Positions 24,728 through 38,847 are shown, counted from the stretch's first letter. The stretch: 64,000 nucleotides of DNA from Marsupella aquatica (GCA_973895155.1 OZ316895.1:22952558-23016557), one strand, 5' to 3'. Translations and numbers: made by a program. Notes: a model not told the origin generated them from the sequence alone.

Positions 24728-27627
24728 TTACATACTAAACTATAATACACAGTTGCGCCAAAAAATGGCGTGGTCGTCATTCAAATTTGGAGTGTCCTTT
24801 TGGGTGAGAATAATTGAAACCTGTAAATATGGAACCAATAAGAGGGGAAAAAAAAAAAGGAACGTGAGGAAACCTGGTATAGGGCTTGGTGTTGCACAAA
24901 ACAAGTACACAAAGATGCACAAGACAGGTACTATTGTACCTTCAAATACAGGATATGAACTCATTACTCTTAGGAGCCCCACTGCCCCAGGTACAAGGTA
25001 CAAAGGGGATAGAGGTCATGTAAAAGGAGGTATAATTGTACCATCAGAGTACAACTTTTAAGAGAGAGGGAAAAGCTTAGCTTCTTTCCTTTTGGAGCTC
25101 TGTATTCCAAGCCTATGTGAGCTTATAAGGGCTCCAGGCATTTAATGAGTACTTTTAAGCAACAACAACTACCCAATGGCAAGAAGAGGGAGTGTGAAGA
25201 GGAGCAATACCCATTACCCAATAATTAGAAGAGGGAGAGCGATGAGGAGAGTGAAGAGGAAGGGATGATGACTCCTGAGACTACCCTGGCCCTGGCCTCA
25301 TCCAAACAACGTAGTTTTTAGGTGCAAACTTTTGCCAAATTCCACCTCCCCAAAATATGTACACCACTTTTTCCGTCACTTTTGCCAAAAAATTGCTAGA
25401 TTCTTTGCATACCATTGGCCACTCTCCCACCAAATCATGGACCCCATTTGCCAAAATCTAACCATTGTACGTCAATCTAGGGATATCTGATGAAGAAGAT
25501 ATAATTCAAGAAAAATTGTTCCAACCTAACTCAATCTTGCCCCGGGTTCCAACTCCCCAACAACCCCTCAGTTGTTGTTATGTCTTGCCACTTTGTTTAG
25601 CACAGGAAGAGGCATGGGGTGGGGGCCAAAATATCTGGACCAAAGTTGGTCCGGGGGTGGCAGGTCCTCCAATGTTGGAAAGTGTTGCAAACCACACCAC
25701 CACCCCAGGGGGGCATGGTATTGGCGAGTAAGAGCCGAGAAAACTTGGATGAGGTTACCAAAGGGGTTCCATGCAAGGGGTAGGCAAATTGTTTTGTTGA
25801 AAAGTGGGCTGAGTCGTGCCGTTGCCCCAAGGGGAATTGGCATTGGGGCGGCCACAGCCAAGTAAGCGGCCACGGTCAACTTTAAGCAAACTAAGCTTAA
25901 AGTAACCAAAAAAATTGGGGTTACTGATGGGGTTCCAAGATATATGCAAGGGTAGGGAAAGGGCCATTGAAAAGTCAGCCAAGCTGCTCCGTTACCCGAG
26001 GGGGTCTTGACATTGGGGCGGCCAATGCCAATTAAGCTATTGCGGCGACTTTAAGTAAGAACTCTAAGGTAGCCAAAACTTTGGGCCCAATGGGGTTCTA
26101 AGATGCAAGGGGTAGTGAAGAAGAGTTGAAAAGTCAGCCAAGCCGTGTCATTATCCCAAGGGGTCTTGGCATCCCGCTCGGCATTGGGGCGGCCAAAGCC
26201 AAGTAAGCAGCCATGGTAACTTTAAGTAAAAAGCTTAAAGTAACAAAAACTTTGGGGTTATCAATGGGGCTTCAGGATGCAAGGGGTGGCAAAAAGTGGC
26301 AACAACTTAACAACTTTTTTTACTTAACATGGTTTACTAGCCATATGTTCAATTGTACTTAAGAACATCTTTTACTTCACAACTTACATCTTTGTCTAAT
26401 GACATCCCTTTACTTATCGACCATTTTGTACTTAACAAAAAAATACTTAATAACATCTTTTGTAAAACATCACCTTTTACCTGACAACATCTTGGACATA
26501 AAGACATCTTTGGTGCAACGACATCTTTTACTTCACAACATTTTTCACATAAGAACATTTTTTCTTCATGACACCTTTGGCATCACGACATCATAGTTCT
26601 TAATGACATCTTTTTACTTCACAACATCTTTCACATATTAACAACTTCTTTGGCAACATGACATCTTTTTTCTTAACGACATCTTTGGCAACATGACATC
26701 TTTTTTCTTAAAAAAATCTTTGACAACACAACATGTTTTTACTTAACAAAATTGTTGGCAACATCACCTTTTTTCATGACAACATCTTTGGCAACACAAC
26801 ATATTTTTTCTTAACGACATCTTTTGTGCAACACACGGGTATTGAGCCATCTTTCACATATTAATGACATATTGGGTGAAACGACACCTTAGTTTTTATT
26901 TATAACATCTTTTACTTCACAATCACTTAGTTTGGCAAAATGACACCTTTTTCTTAACGCCATCTTTCACATAATGACATCTTTGGAAAAATGACTTCTT
27001 TTTTCTTAACGACATCTTTTTACTTCATGACATCTTTCAGATAACAACATCTTGGGCGACACGACATCTTTTGTGCAATGCACTGATATTTTTCCTCAAT
27101 GACGTCTTGGCCAACACGACATCTGTTTTCTCAACGACGTCTTGGCCGACATGACTCTTTTTTCACAATGATGTCTTGCCCGACACAACATATTTTCTCT
27201 CAACGACGTCTTGGCCGACATGACATCTTTTTTCTCAATGACTTCTTTGCCAACACAAGATCCTTTATCTCAATGATTTCTTGGCCGATCACATGACATC
27301 TTTTTTATCAATGAGATCTTGGCCAACACAACATCATTTTTCTCAACGACCTCTTGGCCAATACAACTTTTTTTCTCAACAACCTCTTGGTCGACACGAC
27401 ATTTTTTTTCTCAACCAAATCTTGGCCGACATGACATCTTAGTCGACACGACATCTTTTGTTCTCAACGACATCTTGGCCGACACGACATATTTTGTTTA
27501 TCATCAACATCTTGCCGACACGACATCTTTCTTCTCAACAACCTCTTGGCCGACATGACCTCTTTTGTTCTCAACGATAGCTTGGCCGTCACAACATCTT
27601 TTGTGCAACGCATGGGTATTGAGCTAG
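24728..27627 (+). mobile_element. Non-autonomous Helitron with internal ~165-bp tandem repeats and an acgacatcttt satellite
   Basis: The 3' terminus gtgcaacgcatgggtattgagCTAG|t (27603-27628) is a decayed hairpin plus CTAG. The 5' region is shared with the element at 4830. Repeats lie at 25790-26290 and 26350-27600. Confidence 0.65.
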
Positions 27628-27807
27628 TACATAATATAATCTCCTTTTCATGCACATTAATTTTTGTTCATTCTAAAAACCTACAATAGACCCCAACTTC
27701 AACTTCTCTTTGGGCTTTATAAGTAAAATGTCACATAGATAATCTCTTACCCATAGACCTCAGATTGCCACATTGGAGATTCTAAGACCCTCTTGAGTGT
27801 GTGAGGG

Positions 27808-28110
27808 TGTTAGGCATTTGCTTGTAGATATAGAGTTATAACTGTAACCATAGTGAGAGTTAACTTTAGTCACAGACTTGATTAGGTTAGTTATGTTGCA
27901 CACTATATCACCACGTACGATTTACTTGGATAGAAAGAACTCAGGGGCCTAGAATGTAGTAAAGCTCTTGTGTCTTCCCATGGACATAGTCTCAACTGAG
28001 GTGAAACACATATTTATTTGTGTTGACTACTTGTGCATTAGATGATCATGGGCTTGTTGTGCATTAGATGATCATGGGCTTGTCATTGTGAATGTCGTCT
28101 TTGCTCGACA
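27808..28110 (+). mobile_element. Solo LTR related to the copia element at 44794
   Basis: TG...CA ends. It shares gttgcacactatatca, gtaaagctcttgtg, gaggtgaa and catgggcttg...gtcgtct.tgctc with the copia LTR. TSD unclear. Confidence 0.7.
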
Positions 28111-28111
28111 C

Positions 28112-28443
28112 TGTTGAACTAAGACGTCATTCGCAACGACCATACAACCATGACTTATTCCATGCACACGTAGTCGACACAATCTCTACGTGGTTCACCT
28201 CATCTCCAAGGCTACGTCCACACGAACACTCAAGCTTTACTTCAAGAGTAAACGAACACACATGCTCTCCCTCTTCCTCAAGTTGCTCCATTACAATGAG
28301 TAAGCACCACTCACCAGCGGCTTACACTAGCCCTGGTATATACAAGGTCACACACGACTAACCTAACCTCAGCTAGCACCCTAACTGTGGTTAGCCTAAG
28401 TGCCGTAACCTTTGAGTCACAAGACTAAGAGCAATCCTTAACA
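28112..28443 (-). mobile_element. Solo LTR of the same copia group, antisense
   Basis: tgttgaac...ttaaca with a perfect 5-bp TSD GACAC (28107-28111, 28444-28448). It shares gtagtcgacaca, acgtggttcacctc and aggctacgtccac with the LTR reverse complement. Confidence 0.8.
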
Positions 28444-31400
28444 GACACAAGGGACACCAATGGTGAGGGCATATGATTGTACTTAGGATAAAGGGAAGTG
28501 AGTGTGGCATTGGAATTGGGAGGGCTGACCAGTCACCAGGTGTGTGAATTTGACCCGACGGCCATAGAAACCATCCAATCATTTGATGTAACAATCTCAG
28601 CCCACTAAGACTCTTGTGACCAAAAGAGTGACATTGTAGTAATGAATCTAGAAGAGGCAATAGATATTTGACAAGACAAAGGTGGCAATCACCCTTCACC
28701 TTGATCAGTCTTACTATTCTATATGGGTGACTGCTCAAGACTTGGCCCTCTCAAGATTTAGGCTTACCACTGTTAATTTTGGAGTGACACTTTTAGGTGC
28801 ACATTGAATAGAATGTGGCTAATAGTATTGGAGGTGTTCATTAAGATTTTTCACAAGGCCACAAAGCATCATTCTTCATACATACTTAAAAGTTAGGGAA
28901 TTCTGAAAAAATTTATTTGTGAATCTGCACTGGAAAATGAAGAAAACTTTCCAAAAAATCAAAGACCACAATACAAGCACTGACCAAGTCAATGTACCAC
29001 TATTCTTTAGGCAAATGGCTGGCCACATAGACAACATTGCTGCCCGAGTTGCTGCCAAATGAGATGACATCATGGGCTTCCCACTCGGGGGTCTCACTCC
29101 AAAGGGAGGTCCCACATCACGCACAAAGTTATCAAGTAATAAACACCCTAAAACTTGAGAAAATAAAGTCTATTTTTACTATTTTAACCCCTTCTAGTTT
29201 GAACCAATATTCCATTCTTTGCTATGGTCTTCCATTAGCCACTTTTGAGGCTAGCCACACACCCCAATAGCCAAATACAATTGTTCTAGCCATATCTGAT
29301 GGTCATAATTACTCTAGTAAACCTATAAAAAATAATTCCAAGAATCTTCTCATTTAGAGAAGGTGACATTTGCCACCCTGGCAAAAAGAAATCCTCAAAA
29401 ACTTATGCTAGTCCAACCATTTCCAAACTTAGTTAGGGTAGTTCATGGGTTCACATCTATTGAACTTTATTTCAAAGCATTTCTCATGTTCAGGAAGAAT
29501 TGTCCCTCTAGTTTGCTTACAATTTCAAACCTAGACTTGGTCATGAGGATCACATTTATTGAACTTCATTTCAATGGATTTTGCATGTGTTGGGAAATTT
29601 TAGAAAACCAGTCCTAATTTATACAAAAGGGAGAAAACTACAGTAGTACAAAGAAGGAAAAACAAAAGAGGTTCACAAAGGACAAACACCAAACACTACA
29701 AAAGAAGCAAATGCAGCCCCCATAACTCAGGAAGAGGGGATGATGAAAAAGGGAAAAAAGAGCTCCCACTTCACCATGTGATGAACTAATGGTCCACATC
29801 TAGTGTAGTAACTAAATGTGCAAGTGAGATAGGGATATCCTCTAAGGGGTCAAGCCTCTACGGAGCAACACTAGCACCCACGGCGAGAGGTCAACTGTAA
29901 TCGCATGAGCTTGAACATGCTCTAATGCCACTGAAATTGGATGATGCAAGTGCATGGTCAAAACAGATAGTGAGGGTCTGATGGGGCCCATCTGTCCATA
30001 AATGTCACAAGTTGTTTGTCAAAGAAGCCCATCCAAATTGACCATGGAGTCCCCCAAACATCTCAACAGCAAGAGGGAGTAAACTATTCAATGAATTGCA
30101 GGCGGCATATTTTACCCCTCTCCTTGTAGCTGCCCTGGTAGATGTCCCATGTGCCCTTTGAGAAGAAGTGCCCCTCTAGCCTGGTTTGGACTTATCCAAC
30201 AAATAAGGGGTCTGGACTCCAATAAATGACATTTGTCACACCTGGTTGTCCCAGCCCCTGCCTGCCCACATCCTGCCCCAGCCTGGCCTGACCCGTCCAC
30301 ATCCTGCCCACACCCTGACCGACCCCGGCCTGTCCCGGCCCTGACCCCAAACCAGGGGGCCGGCTTGTTAAACCGGGGGAGTCCGGGACCGGGCCGGGAG
30401 GGTGTCGGGAAAGTTCGGGACAGGGCTGGGAGAGGGTTGGGAAAGTTCAGGGCCAGCCGGGGAATATTGGGGAATATGCAACAAATGGCCCCTTTTGGAG
30501 CCTACAAACGACAACTTGTCCGTCAATTTAAACGGGGCCCTCTACAGTAGATTGCTGTGGTGAAAAAAGTCACAAATGCACCCCACTATTGTCGTTTGCA
30601 AGCCCACCAACGCAAGGTGAGAACAGGGCAGGTCTCACCTGGGTAAAGAGCGGACCTCGAGAGAAATTGAGGTCCTCGGCTCCCCACGTGGAAATGACAC
30701 CGTAAGCTACCCGTCAGCGCTTTGCTGCTGCGAGGAGAACAGAAATGCGTGCCAGAAGCTTCACGGGCATGGTGCCCCACTGCCTCCCGAGTGCGGAGAA
30801 ATTGATTCGGTGAGCTATCTCTTCCCACGCCAATTTCGGAGAACAGATTTTCGTTGGGGGTTGAGTCAGTGAGCTGATCGGAGTCTGGATCATGTCTGCG
30901 CTTGCATTCCCGATGCAAAATGGAGGTTGGTTTTGCATCGCCTGACCTTCCTGTTGAAGTTTGGACTGCGAGAGAGACCAGCACAGGAACACATCACATG
31001 CGTTCATAGAGAAGGGAGTGCGGGACTTGGGGTCTTCCAAAGAACAGCTGCAGTCGTTTGTCGCTAGAGAGGTAGAGAGCTGGGTCGGAAGGAGCTGTGG
31101 AGGTGTTATTGAATTGCATTTTAGCTGAGAAGTAGTCTGTTTCCACTTGCTCTTGGGGTTTTTTTCTTTTGGAGCTGGCACCTCAAGAATTGGGTGTTCC
31201 ACTTGCTCTTCGGAGTTATTTCTTTTGCAGCTGGCACATCAAAATTGTTTGTATCGTCCTACAATCAAAGAGGAGATCCCGATACTGACCGTCTAGTGCA
31301 GGGACCAGGTTCTTGTGACTGATACGCGGCGATGGTCCAAGCGGAGGGTGATGACTACGTGATCGTCAGATTTGAGTAGATGCGGGCAAAAATGCTCGGG

Positions 31401-32108
31401 CCCTGCGAATGAAGAGGCAATTTACCAGTGCATTGGTTCTAAGTATACACGTTGAGAAGTATCGATCGTTGGCGTCTGCGACGGCGAGGAAGAGCCACAA
31501 CGTACGTACCTCGGTGCCCTAAACTTGTGTGTAAACTTAGACTCCTGACAGTTGAACTAGGTTTGACAATCGAATTTTAAGATAATCTAATCGGATGCTA
31601 TTCAATATCTGTTTACCTCAATTGATGGAGAAAGTCCCACGTCAATAGGATTCGTAGAGGGTTATAAGGCGGGCTGCAATGTGATTCCTTAAGTTCTCTT
31701 TTACTCTGAATCCCTTTGGACACTCACTGAGCCCTACTGGATCTCGACCCTGGGAAGATGGACTTTAGGTTACAGATCATATGGATTACTAGAAACATTG
31801 ATTGTAAGTCTTGTTTGAGGAAGCTGAATGCAAAGTGCTTAATAACATCTCATGAATCATTGGATATCAAAGAATCTGTCATACCATGTATACCCTCCAT
31901 CTCTCCATGTGAAGGCCGTTCTTACCCAGGCATTCTCTTTACACGAAAGCTGGGCAGCAGTGATGGCGGTATTATGGAATTTTACATCAACTGACTTTAA
32001 ATGGTGGGTTCAGGAAAACCGAGTCTTGGCGAGATTGCAAGCTTAAAATCCGAGGCGGTGGAAGCCGGTGGAAGAGCCTCGGGGCATTGCATTTTACTTT
32101 ATTAGGCC

Positions 32109-32480
32109 ATGGATACAGATACGTCATCGGCCCCTCCTGCAAAGTCGGCACTGCTGTCAGGAAACAAAGCTTGGGCCAACTTTCAACAAAGTTTCACCCA
32201 AGTTCAATATATTCTTGATCACAACAGGCTTTTGATCAATGAAATTAACCAGAACCATCAGTCTCGAGTCCCTGAAAGTTTGTCCCGAAATGTTTCACTC
32301 ACTAGAGAACTTAATAGCAATATAACGAAAGTAGTTGAGTTGTATGCGAGCATTTCCGAGAATTTTGCCAAAGTGTTTGAGGTCCCGTCAGACTCTCCTG
32401 GAGCGGCATCAAATGCTTCTGAAGGTGTTACGGGAAAGCCTCCTCCTGTATCCCAAGGCAATAAAACCTCTCGATCATAG
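32109..32480 (+). CDS. ELF4-like circadian clock protein (DUF1313), 123 aa
   Basis: Hallmark FTQVQYILDHNRLLINEINQNHQSRVPESLSRNVSLTRELNSNITKVVELY with good Kozak context gccATGg. Confidence 0.92.
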   Translation: MDTDTSSAPPAKSALLSGNKAWANFQQSFTQVQYILDHNRLLINEINQNHQSRVPESLSRNVSLTRELNSNITKVVELYASISENFAKVFEVPSDSPGAASNASEGVTGKPPPVSQGNKTSRS

Positions 32481-34859
32481 TCAAAGTAATTCCTATTTCA
32501 TCCACCAGTTTGCCACCCCCGTAATCTGTATGCCCAGTCTTGCTAAGTGTTGAAAGTAAAACAGAGAAAGGCAGTGAGAGGAGGTCACAGAAGTTCTTCG
32601 TAGTTCTAGGATTTTTGAGACAGGCTCTGAATTGAGCACCTGATAGTGCAAATGTTGATATCTATAATGTGTTTAGGTTTAATGCTAATTAGATTTTGAG
32701 TTGCGCTTTAAATTTCTTCCAATTGGCTGAGTAGTGTTTTTTTGTTTATGTGTGCGTTTTTCGGTTTTGTTTGAAGTTTGTTTCGAGATATTGCTACTCA
32801 TTTCCGACGGGTCTTTCGAAGTCTGAGCCTGAATGCCTTTTGGCATCTATAGCTATTGGTAATTGTTTGAACACGTAGGTTCGTTGGGAGTGCAGAACTT
32901 CTTGTGGTTTGGCTCGAGGTTCAGTTTGTTGAGTCTTGATTTAGGAATGTTGGTCCCACTTAATCGTGATTCCAGTCATGTCAGCTGGCTGTCTGGAACA
33001 GATTATCATAAAACATTTTAGGATACAACCAATCTCCGGGAACTCACGTCATGCATATTTAGAAGCAGAGAGTTATTCGAGAACGTTTCTTTGACGGCCC
33101 ATCCTGAGCTGCACTGATGAATCTGTGGAGTTATTAGTTGATGGGCTTACTAAGTACTGCGTTTGCCTTAGTGTCATGAGAACTAAAGGCAGCAGCAGAT
33201 ATTTTCCCCACGACTTCAATTGGGCGTTCATCTCTGTGTGGTATCAGAACAGACTCTACAGACATGTGGTCAAATTCTCAACAGCCCAGCTCCGTTCTCA
33301 AAGCTTCCCAGCTCACAGTGCGTATTTGCCATCCAGAAATAAGGGGAGAGTGAGATTGTGATTTTGTCCTGTGTCTGGAGATTAACGCAATTGAAATGCA
33401 GTTGGCGAGATATTTTCCAACCCCACACTTGCCCAAGCCTTTTCTCAGCCATCATGGCCCAATGCTCACCTCTGGCCTGTCCTAGACTTGAGGCAGCATA
33501 TTGGTGCCTTTGCTGTGAGGTGCCTCGCACAGGCCCAATGTCATGGGCATCGATCGGACTGGATGCTTGAGAGTCAGGGTGTTCGAACTACAGCATTGTC
33601 TGTGATAAAATGGTGGCCATAGATAATATAATGGGGAAGTGGCCAAGATTTCCCCCTTTCCTCATTCCACTAGCTCCTTTCCTCTAGCAAGCAAGTCTGC
33701 CCAATGACTTCAAGGAGAAAGCTACATTAATGTTGAATCCTGGTGGATCCAGGTTTGTCATGGCTAGTGGCTGTTCAAAGGGCTAAGTATGAGGTGTAAA
33801 GGGAGCTGTAATGTGCAGTTAGAGTGTTGCTCAGGAGAAGGTGTAAAAGGAACCATCATATTGCCAGCCACGGGACTCTCTCCCACTATCCTCTTCACGG
33901 TTCAAAATGTCAACTCCTTGGAAATCTATTTCCATACTATTAGAATTTGTGCAAAAAAATGATGATACTGTGTATAATGTAAGCTTTCTAATCAAGGTGT
34001 AACAATTTCAGATCTTGCTAAAATATTACTCTTGTACGTCTAAAATCTACTCCAAGATTTGGCTGGAATAATCAAATAAAGGAAACCAGGGGGAGGGCTT
34101 TACTCCGAGTGATTTGCAGGGTTGTCAACTACATAGTCATAACATAGAAAGGGATTTTACTGCTGGAGAGTGGGGCAGGATATGGTCAGGGTCTCAGCGT
34201 GCTGGGAAATTGTAACAATAATTATTGTTGCAGCATCAACCGCTTGAAGGGTCTAAAGATTGTTGGCGCCTACTTGACCATGACATTTTGCATTCAAAGT
34301 CACCCTCACAATTTTGATTGGCCAGGCTGAGTTGAGCTGAGCTGAGCTTACTAAGCAAAAACCAAAACCAACCAGGGAACATTATACACAAATACACAAT
34401 TTATGCCTTCATTGATCTCTCCACTTTCCTATCCTAGAAATTCACCTCCAGTCCTAATTCATTGAAAATCCACAGCACAGCTTGCTTTCTTTCCTTCTCA
34501 CTTAGCTAGCAAGTCAGCAGTAGTCCCCGTAATTGCACATCAAAAGTGTGCCTTCTACTGTATTGGCACAGTCCCACATGCTGGGGCTATTAGCCCACAT
34601 GTTAGGGAAGTATCTCTTCCAGCTGAATTATTTCTGCCCAAGTGTTTGTAAAGATCTTTCTGTCCAGGGCAACCTTGGACACCGCTGCCCTGCCCCTTCG
34701 CTACCCTGCCCATCTGCCCATCTGCCCATACCTGCCCATATCGTGGCTGCCCAACACCGTTGCTGCTCGTACCACCGCTGCCCAATTTTCCTTTGCCCGA
34801 ACCTTGCCTGCCCCAACGGGCACCTTCATATATTATTCAGCCCGCCTGCCCACGTTTTG

Positions 34860-37120
34860 AAGTGCATACCAAAGTTCAATTCGTCTATCTGGAAATCGAA
34901 TTCCTCCATTTGGACTCGAATTTCTCGATTTCGATGTGCCGAGAATTCTTTCATTTTGCCGAGAATTCCTCCATTTTGAGCTGAAACACGATCTATAATG
35001 GAGCTGACTACTGGAATGTTTGTGAACAACCAAATGCTTATGATCAGTGGAATGCTTTTGAACGGTCAAATATTGATGGTCAGTCGAACAACGTCAATCA
35101 GTGCGATGTCACCAATCCTCCGCCATTCTCATTCCTGCGTTCGAAGATGACAAACTATGAGAACTATTTTACAGTTACAAATATCGTAGTCTGCATTGTT
35201 CACGTCCATCGCCATGCTGTAGGGTGCGCTTGACTGATCATGGGCCCCTATCTTGCCTGCAATGGATAACGTACAAGAAGGTAAAACTCCTTTATGTCCT
35301 TCAAAGCGTTATTATATTGTACTTTCAATTTTTGGTGAGGTGAAATCTGGCAAAACTTTGCATCTAAAATATAGGTTATTTTAGACCGATTTTTGTTATT
35401 AGGATGTGTGTATTATGATATTTAGGGTGTAAGTGTTATCCATAATGTGTATATGTGCTCTCCATGTTCCTGAATACAGTTTTCTTTTAGCCCACCAATA
35501 GACCTGCGGCCGGGCCTGCGACTATTGGAAAGAGACAAAGGGTTGTCGCACCATAGTCGCTGTTACTGGAGAGGGTTGGGAGACAGGGTCCTTTCAATGC
35601 GGATGATCTCAATTGGGACTCAAAGGACCGAGCTTAAATATATTCCGTTTTGTAGGTTACAAGACTTTGTGAAGGGTGAGGGTAGTCAATGCTCGCGTGT
35701 AATGACATGATTATCACGTGATTCCAAGTAAAGTCAAGATGTCGGAGGACCAAATAGGTGGGTCCATAAAATTCAGTATTACTGTAAGTTTGGGAGTCCT
35801 GACTGCAAAGAGACACCATTACGTAATAGCAAAAGTATTGCTAATCCCAAGGACAAGACCGCGATAGGGTAAGGAAGCAAATTGTCTATTGACCACGACC
35901 ATTACCACGCTTTGGTAGATGGCTATGGGGAAATTTTGATGGAAGACCTCTGCATAGTGGATCGTCGCTAGCATGGCAAGGCAAACCTTTCTTGTGTACG
36001 TGGTCTTTTGATTTGTATCTGAGTTCAGTGACGCTTACGTAATCCATAGCCTCCAACTTATATGCCTGAAATTTTCATTGGCACCCTTTGTGATAATGGT
36101 CATAGTCAGCAGACAGCTTGCTTCCTTTCCTTGTCTTGGGCTTGTCCTTGGAATCCGGAATACTTTCGCTATTACGCAATGACGTCTTCTTGCAATCAGG
36201 ACTCCCAAACTCACAGTAATACTGAATTTTACGGACCCACCTGTTTGGTCCTTCAACATCTTGATATTTCTCGGAGTCACGGGTGATAAAGCATGTCATT
36301 GCACACGGGCATCGATAACCTTCACCCTTCACAAAGTCTTGTAACCTACAAAATGAATATATTTAAGCTCGGTCTTTTGAGTCCCTATTGAGATCATCCG
36401 CATAGAAAGGACCCTGCCTCCCAATTCTCTCTAGCAACGACTGTGGTACGACAACCTTTGGTCTCTTTCCAATAGCCACAGATCTATTGGTGGGCTAAAA
36501 GAAAACTGTATTCAAGAAATGAGAAACACAAATACATATTATGAGTAACACTTTCACCCTAAATATCATAATACACACATCTTGACAACGAAAAATTGGT
36601 CTAAAATAACCTATATTTTAGATGCAAAATTTTGCCAAATTTCACCTCACCAAAAATTGAAAGTACAATGTAATAACACTTTGAATGACATAAAGAAGTT
36701 TTACCTTTTATAAATTATCCATTGCAGACAGGATAGGGGCCCACAGTCAATCGAGCGCACCCTACAACATGGTGATGGACATGAACAATCCGGACTGTGA
36801 CATTGGTAATTATAAAATAGTTGGATTCATAGTATGACATCTTTGGACGCAGGAATGAGAATGGCGAAGGATTGGCAACATCACACTGATTGACGTTGTT
36901 CGACTGACCATCAGCATTTGACCGTTCAGAAGCATTCCACTAATCAAAAGCATTTGTTTGTTCACAAGCATTCCAGTACATGGCTCCATTGTAGATCCTG
37001 TTTCGGCTCAAAATGGAAGAATTCTCAACGGAATGAAAGAATTCACATCCAAATGAAAGAATTCGAGTCCAAATGGAGGAATTCGAGTCCAGATGGAGGA
37101 ATTGAACTCTGGTATGCACA
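34860..37120. repeat. Long inverted repeat (~1.05-kb arms, ~180-bp loop) containing the 5' part of a SWIM/MULE transposase-like gene
   Basis: 34860-35908 is the imperfect reverse complement of 36088-37120. The minus arm plus loop encode a decayed FCRLQDFVKGEG...YYCEFG...KGCQ*KF...KDHVHKKGLPCH. Confidence 0.8.
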
Positions 37121-38847
37121 CAAGAAATGGAGAGACTACATCAATCCTGCGCAAATTCACAAATGACAATAGCATTAAAAGCAATGTATGAGAAGTTGCA
37201 GCGCTCTTCGAATTAATCGTCGAGTTTAAGATTTTAAACAGAATATCATAGTATGGGCAGAACATCCGTGTAGCGGTTTCATTTCAATTGGGATGGAAAG
37301 GGTCAGACAAAGAATAGAGGACGCCCGAGCGGACGGAGTGGGATGCACCTGCCCTTGCTGCCCTGCCCTGCCAGTCACTACCCTGCCCAACCCTACTTAT
37401 TTAGACCATACAGTTTGACAAAGAGCTGCATAAGAATTTTTGGGTGAATGTAAAGGGACATTGTCTAGGAAAGCAGTACAGGGTATGACATATGATATCA
37501 GGTAATTTTGATGTGCAATTACCAGCAGGGAGTCAGCAGCCTTCCCTCCTCGAGCATGTCTTCCTCCTCTTGATCCTTGAGCATGTCTTCCTCCTCTTGA
37601 TTGTGAGGTGCATCATTTTCCTCAGAATTTTGAAGCTTGTTTGTCTTGCTCCTCCACCAAGGGAAGCAGCCGGGAGTGTGCAAGAAAGCTGATAAACAGG
37701 AGGCAGCAAACGTGGGCCAATTGCTAGAGCACCTCCACCCAGGGCCTTGGAGACCATCAGATCAAGGGTACCCTAGAAGTGTGGTATCTGCTGAGTGCGA
37801 GGGGAAAAATCCAAGGGAGGGGAGTATTGCCCAAAAAACCAAACTATACCACAAACCCTTGCACCATTTTTCGCTACACTCTTGGGAACAATTAAAACAT
37901 CCATTTTGTGGGAAGTGATGTATATTGATTACAAGATGCTGTGTGTTCTGTGTAAAGGTGATATGAGAACCCTAACTTTTTCCTTGTGGGAAGGAATGTA
38001 TGCATGAAATTTAGTGTTCTCAGTGTTTTCCTTCATTAGTTTCCAAGGTATATAAAATCAAGTAAAAAGACTCACACCTTCTCAAGTAACAATACAAAAC
38101 AGCTATAAGCAATTGAAGCCCCATCTAGAATGTACTTCAACTTGAATGTTTCAAGGTTTACCACACTGAGTAATTGAAATCTAGGCAGGTAAGAAACAAT
38201 TACAGTGATTTGGCTCTGATGTACAGCACGCTGGCAGGTGTTTGTGAGTGACCAGTGTCACAAAATTCATTAGAATTTGGAGCAGCCTAATTTTGAAGGT
38301 TTTCTTTGTCACTAAAGTAAAAATGTCACATTGTTAATGTGTTGTGTGAAAGAGAAGATGTTAAAGAATATTTAACTAAAAAGATACTAAAAACATTATT
38401 TATCTAACATGCCTAATTTAGATATTTTAAATTCTAAGTAAAAAAAGAAGATGCTAAGAACATTCTTTATCCAATTTCTGACGATCACATACCTCTAGAT
38501 TTAAAATAATTCTGACCATCACATACCCCTAGATTTAAAAATACCCATCAAATTCTGGCTAATGGGGAAGGTGGCTCACATACCTCTAGATTTAAAATAA
38601 TTCTGATCATCACATACCCCTAGATTTAAAAATACCCATCAAATTCTGGCTAATGGGGGTGGCTGTGAAGGAAACTGGCTGATATAAGACAACAAAACAT
38701 AGTCAATTTTCAACAAAAGTGGCTAAGACATTTAGAAGAGGTGGAATCTAGCAAATTTTCGCCACTAACCCAAACGCCTAATGGGGATAAGAGTAGCCTC
38801 ACAGGTTGAATTAATTCAGTTTAACCAGATGGCTGCAAAATAGCTTG

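Noticed and set aside
26349-27655. Several short ORFs
   Set aside because: They arise from the low-complexity satellite within the Helitron.
28930-29080. Possible Myb/SANT-like TE protein fragment (WKMKKTFQKIKDHN...)
   Set aside because: Too short and degenerate to support a call.
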